Shown here piece after piece: positions 56,522 to 64,000 of a stretch of 64,000 nt of DNA; the first letter of the stretch is position 1; every line of letters begins with the position of its first letter. The DNA is taken from assembly GCF_009914755.1 (NCBI RefSeq), contig NC_060939.1. One strand, written 5' to 3'. Source of the stretch: the human T2T-CHM13v2.0 reference genome, Homo sapiens. The notes beneath the pieces were generated by a model. That model saw nothing but the letters and a program-made list of their open reading frames with translations. It did no database searches and had not been told where the DNA came from. The position numbers were made by a program, and so were the translations under genes.

Positions 56522-58556
56522 TTAATTTGAGGATTAGCTTCTCCTTTATAAGAGAGCCAAATCAGAAGAGTCACTAGATTACAATAGCTGCTGGGAAGCC
56601 AGGATATGGGAGCCTAGACTTAGAAATTTCAGGTTATGTCAGAGACCTCCATTTTCCTGTCATTTACTGCAAAGAATCCTATTATCCTGCCGTTTACCTA
56701 CCCTCTAAACCCTCAATCCTCTTTCATTTGCTCTGGTCCTTGCTGACTCATCCCCTCCCTCCCTTTTTCCTCCCACTTCAGCTGCATGCTTGGTTCTGGC
56801 TTATTCATCTTCTAGTCAATTAACGAACATATACCACGCTGTTGTCATGTGGTCAGCTATGGAGTCATTCTCATACTGTCACTCTTCCTAATACGGATCT
56901 GTTTCGGCCACAGACTCTTTCATATCTCTGCCCCAAACCTCTCATCCACCAAATCTTGTTCCTGTGTGCTAGAATACAAGCAAAACTGAGAGCTATGCTG
57001 GAAAAAAGATTTATGGATTGGAAAATTTTTAAATTGATAATGTATGTATCTTCCTAAGTAAAAGACCCTAAGGAAATACTGAAACCTAAAATCATTCCCA
57101 TAAAAAGAAAAGAAATTAAAACTTGCCTATGGTGACCATAATACAATTAACATAACATTGATGATTGAAGAAAATAAGAAAAATAGTTATAAGATTTTAC
57201 AATTTGGTTTCTATAAGAAATGAAAAAATGATAGCTAACAGGAAAATAAAATGCTTATTCTCAGTTTCAAGGTTCTCATGGTCCCCTTTACTTTCTTCCC
57301 TGATTATCTTGGAGATATCAATTCTTAAGCATTAAGTCTTGAAAATCTTGGTGGTAAAACTGTAATCAAGAAACAAAGCTTGAAAAGTGTGACCACTCAC
57401 TAGAAAACAAAGTGGAATGGAAGAGAAAGAGTTAGAGATCACACAAGGAAAAGCAGAGACAATGTGGAAGACCTCCAACCAGAACCACATTCACAATTAC
57501 CCAGTGCTGTCATTTTTGTTCTATCTCTACATAATTAGAGAATTGGTATGAATTTCTAGATCAGGTCATCAATGTGAAACTGGGGTCCAAAAGGCCAAGG
57601 TAATGATTAAGAGTTGGGTACTGAAGAAAATGGTCATAGTCCCAGGACAACAAAAAGTTCCTATTTTAGGAATTTAATGTCTCAAGCTCTGGATATCACA
57701 GCAATAGGTATTCTTTAAATTCATAATCAATCATTTTTCCCAAATAATTTCATACATTTATAAGCAATGATTAATTCACTGAACAAACCTAAGTCACAAT
57801 GGGCTTTTTGTTTAAGTATTCATTGTCAGGAAATCCAAATATTTTATAATTCACTGGACAGTAATGAACAATGACAGACAAAACACTAGTGAGTAAAAAC
57901 ACTAATTATGTTACTGTGGTCTTTGTGTGGCTTTGGCACAAAAGGTTGTTTATTTACAATGCTGCAACATCACCTTGGTAATCAAAAGAGTGGCATATGC
58001 GCACTGGCTGCTCAAACATTAACTACCAATGAGTCATACTTGCAGCTGAGAACTTACTCTGAAAAAATAGGGGGAGGAATGCTGTGCCTCTAAGTTAAAA
58101 ACAAGCTCTGGTGTTCATGCTCACATTTACAAGGACACATGGTGAAATCTTGTCTATTTTCTTGTCAATTGATCTTCTTTCAAAATAAATTTCCTTTTTT
58201 TAACCATCACAAGGAATATTTTTATTAATAACATTGGTAAAAATCTAAAAAGGCAAGCTTATTAAATCTTTCTAACTTCTTTCTGCCACTGAACTACTTG
58301 CTGACTGCTATGTGACAGAATGACATCACACCAGGCCTTAAGATACGCTTGAGATACAAGGGTAAAGAAGACACAAGGCTTGTTTTCAAGGAGCTTATAA
58401 TCTTATGGCAGGGAGTGGGGAGAGTGGGACCAATATGCAATTACAATAAAAAAATAGTCAATGCCTAATCATCAATAGGATAATATAATCAGGATTTTAA
58501 AAATATCCCAATGTTCTTCCTCATCTGGACTCTGGAAAAAATAAAATAAAAAATAT

Positions 58557-58990
<434 letters not shown>

Positions 58991-60317
58991 AATATATAAA
59001 TAAATGGCAAACTTGGGCCTAATATGAAGAACTTCAAATACACTGGACTTTCCCACATTAAATTAGCCTGAAGAGTGGTGAACTCTATGATTAGAACTAA
59101 GTAGTCAAGCCGATTTAGATGACTGTAAGAAAATCCTAAAAGTAATTCTTACACTAGCGGGTAGGGGTAGCAAGGGGATTTGAAACAGAAAACTAAAGCA
59201 CTTCCTATCTTGGAAAAGTCTGCAGCTACCTTGTTAGTTGCAGGCAAGGGTATTAAGATGATGCCCACCGCAGCTATTTTAGAAGTAGTGGGTGATCTCA
59301 AGAAGCAGAAAAGAGGCCAGTAGTCACCACTGAACTGCATATAGGACCTAGAAGGCTTTGTGACCTTTACATGTTTGTTAGAAAAGGTACTGGGAGACAG
59401 ACCAACGATGGCCAGCCTACCTGACTATGAGTCAACAGTTGGCCTAACCAGTACAACAGAGCCCTCCTATTCCCACTCATGACAATGATGGATATACCAG
59501 TCTCAGAGATTCCAGTTTTTCCTTGCTGCTTAAGTGAAAAGCAATTTGTATAGTCACCTTTCCTCTAATGCCCTCCCTGTTTACTCCTCGCTTTCAGTGC
59601 ACAGAGAATGCTGAAACTTCAAGAGCTTGCAATTTTCTGTATTTGGGAAGAGTACCAACCCAGCAGCACAGATGTTATTCCTACCTAACAAATACATTAG
59701 ATTTTTTTTGGCTCTATATTGAAAAGGGAAGATTGGTCTGATTTGGTGGATCTATTTGAAAGGGCTTACAGAGGAAATCCTGAAAACTGGCCTGTCCACT
59801 TCCCCACTTAAACTTCTAAGCTGGACTGGATTAAGCATGTTGTTACCTGACCCTTGGATTTATGAGACATATACAAACATGCTTATCATAAATGGGCTGT
59901 GACAGTCTTTTCCCTAAAACTTATGAAACCTAGAATAACTTAACAACATTATAAAACCAGGAATGTAAGAGGAACAACAATTAAAATGTAGTCCTGGGGC
60001 ATGTGGGAAGATAAGCCTCAAGTTATGTATACACCCTGTGAACTCAGTTGCCAGTCTTAAATCTTATGCCAAAAACACTCCAATCAATTAACAAATATAT
60101 ACTGAGAGGCTACTGTGAGCAAGAATTCATATTAAGTTCAATGAAAGACAAGTCCATTGTGGGCTCCCTGGGTTATAACTATAGCTGATTATTGCTATAG
60201 TCAGGGTATAATAAAACTTGAATAACACACAATGACTCATATAATTCTAAATATTTTAGGATGCAGAACTCAAATTCCTTCAGTAGTACCTTCATAGGGT
60301 TACTTGAAATAGAACAA

Positions 60318-60643
<326 letters not shown>

Positions 60644-61365
60644 TTAGTCATTCATATAAAACCTGTCACAGTGAAGGGGGCATAAAGCAGAGGAAATTCT
60701 ACTAATGTCAAATAGTGAAAATAGCTCTGAAAGATTTCATCTTCTGAGAGACTTGTCCCTACAGGTAAACATTAGCAAAACATTTTTCTGGAAGCCAGTA
60801 AGATATTTGAGAAATTAGAGCTTTTTGGTAAAAACAAACATTTTTTACAGTGATTAACTTAATTTTTAAAAATTGCCGAAGGTCATAGGTTATTACAATC
60901 ATATGGATAGCTCTTGCAAATTAATGAGGACAATGGATAAAATGACGGTTCTGTAATATTTCAGAATGTATATTTTAGTATGTCTTCAAAACAGATAAAC
61001 CATCTCAGTATGGTAAAGTATATTTTGCAAATTACCAACATTTCCTCCTTTCTTTTGGTATAAGTAAAGAAAAGAGAATGAACTGCTGAAAAGCAAATCC
61101 TTCACACTATGAGTATTTGACAAGTGGAAGGCATCTGCAGGTTGGTCTGTGGGCATAGTCATAGCAACACAGTTCCCCTGTCAACTCAACTCCAGGAACC
61201 AGAGCGCAAGTAGCTTTGTGGTTGACTATGTTTATTTACCTATCCGGCAAGCAGGGGAGATAGATGGTTTGGTAAAAAGGGCAAACCAGACAAAAAAATT
61301 TGTATATTTTAGGGCTTCCAGCTAAGATACATACTAAGTAAGTGGAGAGAAAAGACTTGACTTAC

Positions 61366-61435
61366 CTGCACTGCCAAGCTGTTTATAAAATCTGTACTCT
61401 AAATGAAGCTGTGGAGCACGTGATTTTATTGGTTC
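61366..61435 (-). CDS. CSNK1G1: CSNK1G1 coding exon (70 nt; [24 protein letters not shown]), kinase alphaC region
   Basis: Minus strand reads ttcag|GAACCAATAAAATCACGTGCT...GGCAGTGCAG|gtaag. Translation matches CK1-gamma N-lobe; phase 1 end joins the next exon in frame. Too short for the ORF track. Confidence 0.96.
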
Positions 61436-62106
61436 CTGAAATCCAAAAAGAAAAACTGTGATCAGATTTAAACAAATGGGATTTTTCCATTCTTAAATTT
61501 TTGGAGTAAACGAGGGCTAAGATCACCCAATGTTTTAGAGATAATATCCATATATAAGAGCCTTTTCTAACCACAATTGGTCTTGGACAGTATAGCTAAG
61601 AGAAGATGAAGGTGAATTACATACAAGTCCTTCCATGGATAGTTAAATAAAAATAGACTTTGCATGAGCTATCATTCAAGGATATCTTTCTTGCAATGAA
61701 ATATTCTCCTGGAATGTATTCTGCCAGGAAACTTGATGCCAAACCTTTAAATAAAAAAATACCAGAATGTATTTCCTGCTTGTTTTGTTCAGAATTTTGG
61801 GTGGTTCATGGTTTTATTATTTTTAGAAAAATAATGCATGCTCAGAAGAAAATTCAAATATACAAAAATTAGGAAGAAAGTAAAAATCATCTGTGATCCT
61901 GTCACTTTAAAGAGAGGCACTATTAACATTTTAGTGAATGTCTTTCAAAGTATTTATTTATCTATATATGTATTAATATATATAATATAGACTAATGAAC
62001 TTAATTTTATATAAATGAGATTATAATATATTTGCTGTTCATTAATGTGCTATTGAATTCAACAATGTAATAACATATTCCCATGGCGGTAAATAAACGT
62101 GTATAA

Positions 62107-62365
62107 TTTCTTTTTTTTTTTAAGACAGGGTCTTGCACACTGCAGTCAAAACCTCCCAGGCTCAAGTCATCCTCCTATCTTAGCCTCCCGAGTGGCTGGG
62201 ACCACAAGTGTGTGCCACCACTCACAGCTAATTTTTAATTTTTTGTAGAGATAGGATCTTACTATGCTGCCTAGGCTGGTCCCAAATTCCTGGGCTCAAG
62301 CAATCCTCCCACTTCAGCCACCCAAAGTGCTGTGGGATTATAGGCATAAGCCACTGCACCTGGCT
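62107..62365 (-). mobile_element. AluJ inside an old L1M-like fragment (~61820-62520)
   Basis: Reverse-complement Alu with AT-rich L1M-like flanks. Confidence 0.75.
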
Positions 62366-62779
62366 TATATTATTTTAATGGTTTGAGTATTGCCCTGTAT
62401 GTGGATATGTATTTATGTATGTATGTATACACACCCTCCCCATAATTTTTGGACACGTGAACTGTTTTCATTTTCCAATATTATGAACAATGCTTTTAGG
62501 AACATCCTTATGTATATTTCTTTTTAAACTATTGAGAATTAAAGATTGTAAATGCAATTAAAATATGTAACTTCAATCAATGTGGTGTTCAAGTTTCCAA
62601 AAATGGAGTTTTCTAAAAACCTCAGAGATAAAGCAGCCAAACAACCATACTTTGCTCTATACCAATTGAGCAACTGGCTGGCTGATTATTCTAAACTGAC
62701 AGTGTACTGGGCAACTGGCTAACAAGAAAACCAAACATTACCCTAAACACATTATAATCTCTCTTTAAAACCTCAACAG

Positions 62780-64000
<1,221 letters not shown>

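Noticed and set aside
59100-59480. Unique-looking segment with an AP-1 motif (tgagtca) as a possible enhancer or exon
   Set aside because: A single 7-mer is not sufficient evidence, and no convincing splice-site pair was found.

Overview
Primate (most likely human) genomic DNA lying entirely inside the casein kinase 1 gamma 1 gene (CSNK1G1), which is transcribed on the minus strand. Seven coding exons can be spliced by hand at GT-AG sites with consistent phases: 61366-61435, 26400-26551, 23729-23963, 17348-17433, 14709-14793, 14285-14433 and 12926-13033. They give [14 protein letters not shown]...YRDVKPEN...DFG...SIN...DWVGRPIPTP...QPLRNQ. The first and last exons lie outside the window. The rest is intron, densely filled with roughly 55 Alu/FLAM copies, a fragmented near-full-length L1MA-type element (about 48.5-56.1 kb), smaller L1/L2/MIR pieces and several solo LTRs (MST, MLT1, MER51-like). 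There are no prokaryote-type systems. The most interesting signals are: (i) an 815-nt six-exon block flanked by inverted Alus, whose back-spliced circle would carry a 294-aa Kozak-initiated ORF longer than the circle; (ii) a ~58-nt double-hairpin sequence retroposed with a poly(A) tail and target-site duplication (TSD); (iii) a candidate cassette exon at ~5.5 kb with two alternative acceptors, one in-frame and one poison; (iv) a BC200 RNA retrocopy; (v) several template-switch or fold-back scars and multi-level nested insertions. Repeat subfamily names and boundaries were assigned by eye and are approximate.
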